Below are positions 6,423 through 6,650 of a stretch of DNA of 6,650 bases, one piece after another (position 1 is the stretch's first letter; every line of letters starts with the position of its first letter). The stretch is from Candidatus Baldrarchaeum yapensis (GTDB lineage: Archaea; Asgardarchaeota; Baldrarchaeia; Baldrarchaeales; Baldrarchaeaceae). The notes under the pieces were generated by a model. The model saw only the letters and a program-made list of their open reading frames with translations, made no database searches and had not been told where the DNA came from. The stretch lies in NCBI GenBank assembly GCA_016840465.1, contig JAEOSH010000075.1:1-6650 (forward strand), written 5' to 3'. A program made the translations under genes and the position numbers.

Positions 6423-6650
6423 ACTATACCCCTTTTTACGATCTTATCTATTCTCGAGGTTTATACGCTGTTGCAACAAACCCGTTTCTCCCATTTATTT
6501 CTTTGTATGCGACAACGAGATATTTCGGTCCGAGAAGAGTTTCTTTAAAGAATTTTACCGCTCTCAACTCCTCGGTAACTCCTTTTACTACATATCGGGA
6601 TCTCTGATAGTCTCACAAAAGTAGAGAGATAGATCGCAGACATGAAACGC
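6395..6650 (-). pseudogene. Frameshifted putative RelE/BECR-fold toxin partner of the second DUF2283 (5' part runs off the window)
   Basis: Three frames join into one plausible protein: ..ETIRDPD / VVKGVTEELRAVKFFKETLLGPKYLVVAYKEINGRNGFVATAY / TSRIDKIVKxGIVWKKRKQKC*. Each junction (~6591 and ~6460) needs one extra base. Premature TAG stops occur at 6588-6590 and 6448-6450. Confidence 0.75.

Noticed and set aside
5454-6607. ORFs 5454-5654 (-) and 6206-6607 (+)
   Set aside because: Antisense shadows of the DUF4258 gene and of the second TA module.
5440-6650. TA patch as an integron cassette array, IS or provirus
   Set aside because: No attC-like repeats, integrase, transposase, terminal inverted repeats or tRNA attachment site are visible in the window.
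1-6650. CRISPR array, tRNA or rRNA genes
   Set aside because: No periodic direct repeats, cloverleaf with T-loop consensus, or rRNA-like segments were found in the intergenic regions.

Overview
Archaeal-looking window. Evidence: TATA-like boxes, GG(G/A)GTGA Shine-Dalgarno motifs, many AGG/AGA and ATA codons, and DUF4258/DUF2283 modules. The taxon cannot be fixed from sequence alone. The left 5.2 kb holds four enzymes: (1) a YafJ/EgtC-like class II glutamine amidotransferase (Ntn hydrolase) fused to a C-terminal winged helix, (2) a COG0731-type radical SAM protein with a C-terminal winged helix and no TYW1 auxiliary cluster, (3) a convergent DHH/DHHA1 phosphoesterase, and (4) an acyl-CoA dehydrogenase with atypical FAD-site residues. 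The right 1.4 kb is a toxin-antitoxin patch. It contains a possible decayed MNT nucleotidyltransferase fragment, an intact DUF4258-DUF2283 pair, and a convergent related pair whose DUF2283 gene is intact while its putative toxin carries two frameshifts. No rRNA, tRNA, CRISPR array, transposase or integrase was seen. All family assignments come from motif recognition by eye, with no database search.
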